A stretch of DNA of 11,195 nt, taken from the NCBI GenBank assembly GCA_965224485.1, contig CBDCZH010000021.1:1-11195 (forward strand). The letters are read 5' to 3'. The translations under genes and the position numbers were made by a program. The notes beneath the pieces were generated by a model that worked only from the letters and a program-made list of their open reading frames with translations, did not search any database and was not told where the DNA came from. Origin of the DNA: Arcobacteraceae bacterium. Lineage in GTDB: Bacteria; Campylobacterota; Campylobacteria; Campylobacterales; Arcobacteraceae. This document shows positions 1 through 7,725 of this stretch, piece after piece. How positions within the stretch are numbered: the first letter of the stretch is position 1; the number at the start of each line of letters is the position of its first letter.

Positions 1-2
1 TA

Positions 3-695
3 GCCTTTATATCTTTTCTAATAACTTTTTATGAGGTAAAAGATGATTCTAAACTAAAAGAATTTTCTGGTTATCCTATGCATTTTGAGGCTTTATTTCT
101 TCCTTTTACTCTTGCCTTTTTTGTTTTGTTGACAAAATATTATTATGAAGATTTAAAAGTTATTGTTTTAATATCTTTATATTCTTTACTTCTATGCCTG
201 ATAGTTTTGTTTGTTAAAAACAATATAAAAAAAGCTTCTAGTCTTTTTCTTAATCATATTTATGAAGACCTGCCAAAAATGAAAATGGAGTTGGCCCTGT
301 TTTTATTAGCTGGACTTTTTGCAGTATTGTTTTTAGCTGTATTACCTGATTTTGATATACAAACAAGTATAAATAAATTTGATGGTTTTACTGCTTCTTT
401 ATTGCTTTTATTTTTTATTATTTTATCTTTTTTAGGTATTCATCCTATTATTACTATTGCTATTCTTTCTGATTTTTTATCACATGTTAATCATACTCTC
501 TTAGCAGTTACTTTTTTAATGGCTTGGAGTCTAACTGTAGCAACTTCTCCTTTTTCTGGTCTTAATTTAACACTTCAAGCTAGGTATGATATTAAAGCTT
601 TAGATATTTTAAAAATCAATATCTTTTATTGCTTTAAAATGTATCTTATTTGTGTTATAGTTTTGTTTATTTTATCTTCGTATTTAAATATTTAA
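3..695 (+). CDS. 5'-truncated multi-pass membrane protein, putative transporter/permease of uncertain family
   Basis: The frame of ORF 78..695 is open back to position 3 (AFISFLITFYEVKDDSKLKEFSGYP-MHFEAL...), so ATG 78 is internal and the start lies outside the window. There are several hydrophobic helices with Gly/Pro motifs (ELALFLLAGLFA, GIHPII, SPFSGLNL). Stop TAA 693-695. Confidence 0.7.
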   Translation, partial: AFISFLITFYEVKDDSKLKEFSGYPMHFEALFLPFTLAFFVLLTKYYYEDLKVIVLISLYSLLLCLIVLFVKNNIKKASSLFLNHIYEDLPKMKMELALFLLAGLFAVLFLAVLPDFDIQTSINKFDGFTASLLLLFFIILSFLGIHPIITIAILSDFLSHVNHTLLAVTFLMAWSLTVATSPFSGLNLTLQARYDIKALDILKINIFYCFKMYLICVIVLFILSSYLNI

Positions 696-703
696 GGTTT
701 TTT

Positions 704-1633
704 ATGTCACTTTTTTTTCTAATTTTAATAAAAATATTCCCTTTATATATAAATGTAATCTTGGGTTATTTATCTTCTAAATATTTAGCTGTACAAAGAG
801 AATCAATAGCAGCCTTATTGATTTATATTCTAGGTCCAATTGTTGTATTCTCAGCAACATTGAGTGTAGAAATTAATTACTCACTTGCTTTTTTGCCAAT
901 ATTTTTATATATTTTTTCTTCACTTATTGCTTTTTCTTCACTATATTTTTGGCAAAATTCTTGGAATAATCCAAGTGGAAATATCTTGGCTTTTAGTGCA
1001 GGAACTGGAAATACTGGATATTTTGGAATACCTTTAGCTATTATATTTTTCCCGCCCGCCCTAGCAGATATTTATATATTTACAGTTCTAGCCTCACTTT
1101 TATATGAGAGTACAACAGGTTTTTATGTAACAGCAAAAGGAAACTTTACAGTAAAAGAGTCTTTATTGAAAATATCTCGTTTACCAATTTTATATGCGTT
1201 TATTTTAGGACTTTCATTAAATCTTTTAGGTTTTAAAATTCCAGAAGAAATTAGCTCTTACACTGCTCAATTTAAAGGGGCATATGGAATTTTAGGAATG
1301 ATGATGTTAGGTATGGGACTTTTGGGTTTAAAGAACTCAGATGATAATTGGGATAAAAAATTTATAAGTATTACTTTTATAATTAAGTTTATTTTTTGGC
1401 CATTATCAACTTTGCTATTTATTTATTTAGATAAAACATATATAAACTTTTTAAATGAAGACTTATACAAAGTTATGTTTTTGTTCTCAATTGTACCCCT
1501 CGCTGGTAATTCAGTAACTTTAGCAGTCTTATTAAATGCAAAACCTGAAAAAACATCATTAACTGTTTTTCTAAGTACAATTATTTCAATAGTTTTCATC
1601 CCTGCTGCTATATATTTATATGGTGGATTTTAA
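704..1633 (+). CDS. AEC (auxin efflux carrier / membrane transport protein) family permease, 309 aa
   Basis: About 10 hydrophobic segments with the AEC-type motif GNTGYFGIP and the C-terminal PLAGNSVTLAVLLN...STIISIVFIP. ATG 704 follows AAGG (694-697), which overlaps the upstream stop, so it is preferred over the track start at 650. Confidence 0.85.
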   Translation: MSLFFLILIKIFPLYINVILGYLSSKYLAVQRESIAALLIYILGPIVVFSATLSVEINYSLAFLPIFLYIFSSLIAFSSLYFWQNSWNNPSGNILAFSAGTGNTGYFGIPLAIIFFPPALADIYIFTVLASLLYESTTGFYVTAKGNFTVKESLLKISRLPILYAFILGLSLNLLGFKIPEEISSYTAQFKGAYGILGMMMLGMGLLGLKNSDDNWDKKFISITFIIKFIFWPLSTLLFIYLDKTYINFLNEDLYKVMFLFSIVPLAGNSVTLAVLLNAKPEKTSLTVFLSTIISIVFIPAAIYLYGGF

Positions 1634-1643
1634 ATAAAGAAAG

Positions 1644-1649
1644 TATAAT
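1644..1649 (+). promoter_or_regulatory. Putative sigma70 -10 element (TATAAT) for the SIMPL gene
   Basis: Perfect TATAAT in the intergenic gap, 41 nt upstream of ATG 1691. An SD (AGGA) lies at 1682-1685. The AT-rich background lowers specificity. Confidence 0.45.
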
Positions 1650-1690
1650 GATAAAATCATAATAAAACAATAATAAAAAATAGGACATTT

Positions 1691-2410
1691 ATGCAAAAAA
1701 CAAATAACAAATCAATAATTATTTTAGGATTTTTTATATTTTTAGGGCTGTCTAGCTTGGGATATTTTTTATCTTCTGCTTTAATTAAATCAAAAGAGTA
1801 TGAAAGAACAGTTTTAGTAAAAGGTTTAGCACAAAAAGATATAAAAGCTAATCTAGTTCTATGGCCTATAAAATTTACACTCTTATCTAATGATTTAAAT
1901 GAACTTTATTCTTCAATAGAAAAACAAAGTACAAAAGTAAACAATTTTTTACAAAACAATGCTATTTTAAAGAATGAAATAACTATATATAATCCCATAA
2001 TTTTTGATAAATTAGCAGATAGATACTCTTCAAATACAACTATAAAATTTAGATATTTAGCTAGCAGAACAATCACAATATATTCAAACAATATTAATAA
2101 AATAAGAAAAGCTATGGCAAAACTTCCTCTTTTAGGAAAACAAGGTATTAATTTATCGCAAGAAGGATATGAAAATAGAATTGAGTACTTTTTTACAAAA
2201 CTAAATGAAATAAAACCTTCTATGATTGAGCAGTCAACAAAAAATGCAAGAAAAGTTGCTTTAAAGTTTGCAAAAGATTCTTCATCTAAATTAGGAAAAA
2301 TCAAAAAAGCAAGACAGGGACAGTTTTCAATAAATCCAAGAGATAAAAATACACCTCATATAAAAAGAGTTAGAGTAGTTTCAAGTATAGAATATTATTT
2401 ATCAGATTGA
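1691..2410 (+). CDS. SIMPL (DUF541) domain-containing membrane-anchored/periplasmic protein, 239 aa
   Basis: N-terminal TM anchor followed by RTVLVKGLAQKDIKANLVLWPI. The C-terminus NARKVALKFAKDSSSKLGKIKKARQGQFSI...KRVRVVSSIEYYL is characteristic of this SIMPL subfamily. SD AGGA 1682-1685. Confidence 0.85.
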   Translation: MQKTNNKSIIILGFFIFLGLSSLGYFLSSALIKSKEYERTVLVKGLAQKDIKANLVLWPIKFTLLSNDLNELYSSIEKQSTKVNNFLQNNAILKNEITIYNPIIFDKLADRYSSNTTIKFRYLASRTITIYSNNINKIRKAMAKLPLLGKQGINLSQEGYENRIEYFFTKLNEIKPSMIEQSTKNARKVALKFAKDSSSKLGKIKKARQGQFSINPRDKNTPHIKRVRVVSSIEYYLSD

Positions 2411-2447
2411 TTAAATAATACTCTTATACTTCTTTTAAGTAATAGAT

Positions 2448-3575
2448 TTAGTGATAAGCATATATAGGGCTTGAGGTGATTTTTATATCACCTTTTAGTT
2501 TGTTCCCATATAAATCAAGTACCTTATTTGCCTTATCTAATTCAACAGAACCTTTACCTTGAACCCAAACAACATCTACTTTATTATTATTTTTATCACT
2601 TAGTGTTAAAACATGTAAACCTGAAGCTTGAGTATATTTTATAACTTTAGAATCTTGAAGTAAATTTAGCATAGTTTTAAAAGCATAAAAAGATTTTCTT
2701 TTTATAGTTTCTTTGCCCTTTAAATAAGTCAAACCTCTTTGTTTTGAGCTTATGTTTAAATATCTTACTTCTTCTACCTTTTTTGTTCCTAAGGCTATTA
2801 AATAGTATCTAAGAAGATTCTGGGCTTGTATCTCTTCACTATCTTTTTTTTCACTATCTTTTTCATCTATATTATAACAAAAACTAAGATTTATCTTATT
2901 ATTTGCTCTTAGAGCTAAAGTACTTAAAGCATGAATGATTTTTATTTGTTTTTCTAAATTTAATGAAAAACGCATTTTCTCTTCTGGAAAACTTTGTTTT
3001 TGATCATATAAAGAAGATGAAACTTTATCAAACTTTATTAACTCTTTTGTAAAAAGCAGTTTACTTAAGCTTTGAAAATCAAAACCTTTTATATTAGGTC
3101 CTAGTAAAATATAATTTTTAAACTTTTTATCTCTTAGGCTTTGAGCTATTTTATAAAAATCTAAATACTTGTAAGAGTGAAAAGCATTTTTATATTCTTG
3201 AGATATTTCAAAATTTGTACATAAATGATTAAAAGAAGAAAAAATAGTAAGAATTTCTTTTTCTAAGTCTTCATCATTTTTACAATAATTTTGATTTTGA
3301 ATGATATTTATACTTATATTTGTTTTATTTAAAGTATTTAATTTTTCTAAAGTTTTTACATATTCTTCTATTTTATTTAAATTATTTAAATTTATATCAC
3401 AGCTAATAGTTTTACATTTTAAGTCTTCAAGAAGTTGAAGTTCTTCTTCTTTGTCTAAATCAACTTTTATAGAAAAAAAGTTTTCATAAGTATTCTTTTT
3501 GCCCTTATAAATAAAGCTTAAAATAAAAGCAAGGGGAAAATAAATTAGGTCTTTTATACTAAGTTTTGAATTGAT
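2448..3575 (-). CDS. Glycoside-hydrolase-like (clan A TIM-barrel-like) protein, about 375 aa, probable non-canonical ATC start, apparently degenerate active site
   Basis: Manual translation shows the frame of ORF 2448..2975 is stop-free up to 3614 (first upstream in-frame stop TAA at 3615-3617). No in-frame ATG/GTG/TTG occurs upstream of 2975. An SD AAGGA (3582-3586) lies 6 nt before an in-frame ATC (3573-3575). Segments such as YLDFYKIAQSL...LLGPNI, FDKVSSSLY, QAQNLLRYYLIAL and KRKSFYAFKTM resemble Campylobacterota proteins annotated as glycosyl hydrolases (from recall, not searched). Confidence 0.65.
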   Translation of the reverse strand: MNSKLSIKDLIYFPLAFILSFIYKGKKNTYENFFSIKVDLDKEEELQLLEDLKCKTISCDINLNNLNKIEEYVKTLEKLNTLNKTNISINIIQNQNYCKNDEDLEKEILTIFSSFNHLCTNFEISQEYKNAFHSYKYLDFYKIAQSLRDKKFKNYILLGPNIKGFDFQSLSKLLFTKELIKFDKVSSSLYDQKQSFPEEKMRFSLNLEKQIKIIHALSTLALRANNKINLSFCYNIDEKDSEKKDSEEIQAQNLLRYYLIALGTKKVEEVRYLNISSKQRGLTYLKGKETIKRKSFYAFKTMLNLLQDSKVIKYTQASGLHVLTLSDKNNNKVDVVWVQGKGSVELDKANKVLDLYGNKLKGDIKITSSPIYAYH

Positions 3576-3610
3576 GATTTTTCCTTTATATATAGTTATG
3601 ATAATTAGTT

Positions 3611-4117
3611 TTATTTAATTAAAATTCGCCTAGCTTTCCAATAATGCTTTTTCCAATAAACATTAGAAAGATTTGAAATCATAACACCTCTGCTAGTTGA
3701 AACATGCATAAAATCTCCAAAATCTAAATAAATTCCAACATGACGAGTATTTCTTTTATTTGTATGAAAAAAGACTAAATCTCCTGTTTGAAGTTGATTC
3801 TGTGATATTTTTATTCCATATTTAGATTGATATAGAGTTGTTCTTGGTATTTTTTTAGCAAATGAAGTAAAAATAGCGTTTTGTACAAAATAAGAGCAGT
3901 CAATACCACTTTTAGTATTTCCACCATATTTATATTTTACTCCATACCATTGTTTATAATGTTTGATTAGAGCTTGAGAAATATTTATATTTTTAAACTC
4001 TGCTTTATTATAATATGATTTTTGACTTCTTAGTGTTTGATTTATATTTTTACTAGAACAAGAAGTAAAAAGAAAAAGAGTAATTAGTAAAAAGCTAGGT
4101 GCTAAGTATTTTTTCAT
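3611..4117 (-). CDS. NlpC/P60 (C40 peptidase) family lipoprotein, putative peptidoglycan endopeptidase, 168 aa
   Basis: Lipoprotein signal with a lipobox-like LFTS-C. Motifs WYGVKYKYGG...GIDCS (catalytic Cys), IPRT, GDLVFF, RHVGIY (His), FMHVS (His) and YWKKHY are all present. Confidence 0.93.
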   Translation of the reverse strand: MKKYLAPSFLLITLFLFTSCSSKNINQTLRSQKSYYNKAEFKNINISQALIKHYKQWYGVKYKYGGNTKSGIDCSYFVQNAIFTSFAKKIPRTTLYQSKYGIKISQNQLQTGDLVFFHTNKRNTRHVGIYLDFGDFMHVSTSRGVMISNLSNVYWKKHYWKARRILIK

Positions 4118-4120
4118 TTT

Positions 4121-4612
4121 TTAAAAACCTCTTAAAATTATTCCGAATAATATTTGAGATAAACCAAGTATTATATTTAAAGGTATGAAATATTTATCAA
4201 TAGGCTCAAGTTCTTCTTTTGCTGCTTTAAAATCATTTTGCAAAAAAAGTTTTTGTGCTTTATTTCTTTTTAAATAAATATATATAAATACTAAGCTCAT
4301 AAGAGTCCAAATACCTTCTTTTACATGAACTAGGGCATATAAAGGTGTTCCTTTAAAACCAAGACCAATTGCAAGTATTACAGCACTTAGAACTAAAATT
4401 GCAATAAAAGGAATAACAAGATTAAAAAATCTTTTTAGATTTTCCAATGTTCTTGCTAGTTTAATTTCTGGTTCTTGTATATTTTGCATTGAGTAGTGTA
4501 TTGAATAACGAATTGCTATCATTCCTCCCACCCAAATTACAGCTGAGAGAACATGAAAGAAAACTATAATTAAAGCATAGTTAGCAAAAAGTTCAATTAT
4601 AAAATCTTTCAT
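4121..4612 (-). CDS. Four-TM hypothetical membrane protein, CopD-like N-terminal motif, 163 aa
   Basis: HVLSAVIWVGGM motif typical of CopD-like membrane proteins, four hydrophobic segments and a second His/Lys motif (HVKE). The start is preceded by AGG overlapping the alaS stop. Confidence 0.7.
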   Translation of the reverse strand: MKDFIIELFANYALIIVFFHVLSAVIWVGGMIAIRYSIHYSMQNIQEPEIKLARTLENLKRFFNLVIPFIAILVLSAVILAIGLGFKGTPLYALVHVKEGIWTLMSLVFIYIYLKRNKAQKLFLQNDFKAAKEELEPIDKYFIPLNIILGLSQILFGIILRGF

Positions 4613-4621
4613 ATAAAAAAC

Positions 4622-7177
4622 CTAAATATTTTCTTTAGCATAAGCTAAAGCAGCTTCTTTTGCTTCTTTAATTTTGCTAATATCTTTTCCACCTGCTTGG
4701 GCAAAGTCTGGTCTTCCACCACCACCACCACCAACAATAGGAGCAATTTCTTTTATCCAAGAACCTGCTTTTATAGAAGTGTTTTTACTTCCAGCAACTA
4801 ACATTACTTTCTCACCTTTTGCTTGAATCAATAAGACTGCTAATTTAGGATTTGAGTTTTTTAAATCATCTACTATTTTTTTAATATCACCTGTTGTAAC
4901 TATATCAACTACTACTTTTATATCTCCTATCATTTCTTCATAAATAGGACTTACATTTGCACTTTGAGTTTCAGATAATTCAACTTTTAAGCTTTTTATT
5001 TGATCTTTTAGTTTAGCAATACCTTGTAAAACATCAATATTTTTAACTTCTTTTTGAACTTCGCTCATTTTAGTCATTATATCTTTTGCATATTTAATTG
5101 CAGAAAGTGAACATACAGCTTCAATTCTACGAACCCCTGCACTTACTCCTGATTCTTTTACTATATAAAAAGAACCAATATCAGCAGAATTTTTTACATG
5201 AGTTCCCCCACAAAATTCAACAGATACATCTTCAAAACTTACAACTCTTACCATATCACCATATTTTTCACCAAACATAGCAATAGCACCTTCTTTTTTG
5301 GCTTCTTCTATTGGTAATTCTTTTACCTTCCCTTTAATTCCACGTGCAATCATAGAATTTACTAAATCTTCTACTTCTTCTAATTGAGCCGTAGTCATAG
5401 CTTTTGGATAAGTAAAATCAAATCTTAATCTTGAAATATCATTTAGGGATCCAGCTTGAGAAACTGTTTCACCTAAAACCATTTTTAAAGCACTTTGAAG
5501 TAAGTGTGTTGCGCTATGATGTTTTGCAACTTCTGCTCTATTTACAACAACAGCTGTTACACTCTCCCCAACTGATATAGAAGAGTTTTCAACTTTAATT
5601 TTAGACATATTAAGACCAAAATATTTAGCAGTATCTTCAATAATAGCAATATGCTCATCATCTTCTAAAGCACCTATATCACCTGCTTGTCCCCCACTTG
5701 TTGCATAAAAAGGAGTTTCTTGCAATAAAACATAACCTGTTTTATTTTGCTCTAATATAGTGATTTCTTTATACTCTTCATCTAAAAGTGCTAAAACTTT
5801 AGTTCTATTGGAAGTTTTTTTATAACCTACAAAAGTATTAAGTCCATGTTCTTCTAATAAAATTTTAAAATCACCAGCTTTTGCAGCATCTCCACTACCT
5901 TTCCAAGCAGCTTTTGCTTTTGCTTTTTGCTGTGACATTAAATCATCAAAAGTTTTTAAATCAACAGGAATATTAAGATCTCTTAACATATCTTGAGTTA
6001 AGTCTAAAGGAAAACCGTAAGTATCATAAAGTTTAAAAGCAACTTGTCCTGAAAAAATATCTTTTGTATTTTTTAGCTCTTCATTAAATAAAGTCATACC
6101 AGAATCAATAGTTTTAAAAAATCTAGCTTCTTCTAATGTTAACTGCTCTTTTATAAAATCAGCTTGTTCTTTTAACTCTTTATAAACATCACCAAGTGAA
6201 GATATTAAAGTATCTAAAAGTTTAGCCATATATGGTTTTCTTAAACCTAATAAATAACCATGTCTAACAGCTCGTCTAAGAATTCTTCTTAAAACATAAC
6301 CTCGACCTTCTTTATCAAATAAAATTCCTTGAGATAACATAAAAGCAGATGCTCTTAAATGATCTGCTATTACTCTATATGAAGCTATAGTTTCTTTACT
6401 TGTTTTTTTCTGTGTAATTTCTTCAATTTTTGAAATTATTGGTACAAAAGTTGAAGAATCAAAGTTATTTAGAACACCTTCTTTAATAGCAATAACTCTC
6501 TCTAATCCCATACCTGTATCAATAGAAGGTTTTGGAAGTGGATTTAGAACTCCTTGTGAGTCTCTGTCGTACTGCATAAATACTAAGTTCCAGATTTCTA
6601 AAAATCTATCACCTTCACCACCCATTTTATCCTCAGGACCATTAAAATGTTCAGCTCCTTGGTCATAAAAAATTTCAGAACATGGACCACAGGCACCTGT
6701 ATCTCCCATAGACCAGAAATTATCTTTATCTCCAAATCTAATAATACGTTCTTCTTTTATATGTTCTTTCCATAAATCATAAGCTTCATCATCACTGTCA
6801 TGAACTGTTACCCATAATTTATCTACAGGAAGTTCTAAATTAACAGTAATAAATTCCCAAGCATAAGATATAGCATCTTTTTTAAAATAATCACCAAAAG
6901 AAAAGTTACCTAACATTTCAAATAAAGTATGATGTCTTGCTGTATATCCTACATTTTCCAAATCATTGTGTTTTCCACCAGCTCTTAGGCATAATTGGGA
7001 TGTAGTTGCTCTTTTATTTGAAGGTCTTGGAACTGCACCTGTGAAAATATCTTTAAACTGAACCATTCCTGCATTAACAAACATTAATGAAGGATCATCA
7101 GGCACTAGAGGCATTGATGAAATGATTTCATGACCTTTATTTTTAAAAAATTCTAAATACTCTTTTCTTATATCCAT
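4622..7177 (-). CDS. alaS: Alanine--tRNA ligase, 851 aa
   Basis: [45 protein letters not shown], editing-domain HSATH and CGGTH, and C-terminal [15 protein letters not shown]. Confidence 0.99.
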   Translation of the reverse strand: MDIRKEYLEFFKNKGHEIISSMPLVPDDPSLMFVNAGMVQFKDIFTGAVPRPSNKRATTSQLCLRAGGKHNDLENVGYTARHHTLFEMLGNFSFGDYFKKDAISYAWEFITVNLELPVDKLWVTVHDSDDEAYDLWKEHIKEERIIRFGDKDNFWSMGDTGACGPCSEIFYDQGAEHFNGPEDKMGGEGDRFLEIWNLVFMQYDRDSQGVLNPLPKPSIDTGMGLERVIAIKEGVLNNFDSSTFVPIISKIEEITQKKTSKETIASYRVIADHLRASAFMLSQGILFDKEGRGYVLRRILRRAVRHGYLLGLRKPYMAKLLDTLISSLGDVYKELKEQADFIKEQLTLEEARFFKTIDSGMTLFNEELKNTKDIFSGQVAFKLYDTYGFPLDLTQDMLRDLNIPVDLKTFDDLMSQQKAKAKAAWKGSGDAAKAGDFKILLEEHGLNTFVGYKKTSNRTKVLALLDEEYKEITILEQNKTGYVLLQETPFYATSGGQAGDIGALEDDEHIAIIEDTAKYFGLNMSKIKVENSSISVGESVTAVVVNRAEVAKHHSATHLLQSALKMVLGETVSQAGSLNDISRLRFDFTYPKAMTTAQLEEVEDLVNSMIARGIKGKVKELPIEEAKKEGAIAMFGEKYGDMVRVVSFEDVSVEFCGGTHVKNSADIGSFYIVKESGVSAGVRRIEAVCSLSAIKYAKDIMTKMSEVQKEVKNIDVLQGIAKLKDQIKSLKVELSETQSANVSPIYEEMIGDIKVVVDIVTTGDIKKIVDDLKNSNPKLAVLLIQAKGEKVMLVAGSKNTSIKAGSWIKEIAPIVGGGGGGRPDFAQAGGKDISKIKEAKEAALAYAKENI

Positions 7178-7207
7178 AACTTATCCAATATTTTTTTTTA
7201 ATCGCCT

Positions 7208-7215
7208 ATTTTATC
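7208..7215 (-). promoter_or_regulatory. Putative -10 element (gnTAAAAT) for the alaS operon
   Basis: The minus strand reads ttgGATAAAATagg, matching the Campylobacterota gnTAnAAT-type -10, 30 nt upstream of the alaS ATG. Confidence 0.45.
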
Positions 7216-7262
7216 CAAAAAACAATTTATACTAAATTAGTAGATTCATTTCTTGCAGTATG

Positions 7263-7293
7263 TTTAAGTTTAAGAAGATATACTTTATATAAT
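7263..7293 (+). promoter_or_regulatory. Putative sigma70 promoter for trxA
   Basis: TTTAAGTTTAAG at 7263-7274 (Campylobacter-like -35 region) and TATAAT at 7288-7293. An alternative TATACT lies at 7279-7284. SD AAGGA at 7309-7313. Confidence 0.45.
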
Positions 7294-7319
7294 AAATTAA
7301 ATGATTTTAAGGAAAATTA

Positions 7320-7637
7320 ATGGGAAAATATATAGAACTAACACCCGAAAACTTCGAAGCTATAACAAAAAATGGTGTTTCTTTAGTTGACTTTTGGGCA
7401 CCTTGGTGTGGACCTTGTAGAATGATTGCTCCAATTATTGAAGAATTAGCAAATGAGTTTGATAATAAAGCTAATATTTGTAAGGTAAATACAGATGAAG
7501 AGCAAGAATTAGCTGTTAAATATGGAGTTAGATCTATTCCTACTATTTTATTTTTAAAAGATGGTGAAGTTGTTGACCAAATGGTAGGAGCTTCTTCTAA
7601 ACAAGCTTTTGCTGATAAAATTAATTCACTTATATAA
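7320..7637 (+). CDS. trxA: Thioredoxin, 105 aa
   Basis: VDFWAPWCGPC active site, cis-Pro motif SIPT, canonical length and a strong SD AAGGA. Confidence 0.98.
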   Translation: MGKYIELTPENFEAITKNGVSLVDFWAPWCGPCRMIAPIIEELANEFDNKANICKVNTDEEQELAVKYGVRSIPTILFLKDGEVVDQMVGASSKQAFADKINSLI

Positions 7638-7672
7638 AAAATAAAATAAAAAATAAAATTAAATCTAAAAGT

Positions 7673-7709
7673 AAAAAGGCTCTAGAATTAAACTCTAGAG
7701 CCTTTTTTT
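7673..7709. terminator. Bidirectional intrinsic (rho-independent) terminator between the convergent trxA and dcuB genes
   Basis: AAAAAGGCTCTAGA (7673-7686), 7-nt loop, TCTAGAGCCTTTTT (7694-7707): a perfect 14-bp inverted repeat with T7 on the + side and A5 (U5 on the - strand) on the other. Confidence 0.92.
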
Positions 7710-7725
7710 ATCTAATAAATATATA

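Noticed and set aside
650..703. Track start of the AEC permease at 650
   Set aside because: It overlaps the upstream gene by 46 nt and has no SD. ATG 704 has an SD and gives a normal family length.
686..705. Similarity of this junction (AATATTTAAGGTTTTTTAT) to the alaS/CopD-like junction on the minus strand (AATATTTAGGTTTTTTAT)
   Set aside because: Explained by both proteins ending in Asn-Ile, a stop overlapping the SD, and a T-rich spacer. It is not a repeat element.
1906..2304. 132-aa minus-strand ORF
   Set aside because: Antisense shadow lying fully inside the well-supported SIMPL gene, with no recognisable motifs.
2427..2441. Small hairpin TACTT-N5-AAGTA between convergent genes
   Set aside because: A 5-bp AT-rich stem is too weak to call a terminator.
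3467..3487. Out-of-frame ATG (3487) next to a T7 run as an alternative, frameshifted start for the GH-like gene
   Set aside because: It stops after 6 codons and has a poorly spaced SD. The main frame stays open and protein-like upstream to the SD at 3582-3586.
4716..4733. (CCA)6 trinucleotide repeat
   Set aside because: It encodes the conserved poly-Gly motif of the AlaRS C-terminal domain.
5098..5280. 60-aa plus-strand ORF
   Set aside because: Antisense to alaS. The Q/L/H-rich composition is typical of a shadow frame.
7635..7658. Tandem TAAAAAATAAAA x2 after trxA
   Set aside because: Low-complexity A-rich spacer with no evidence of function.
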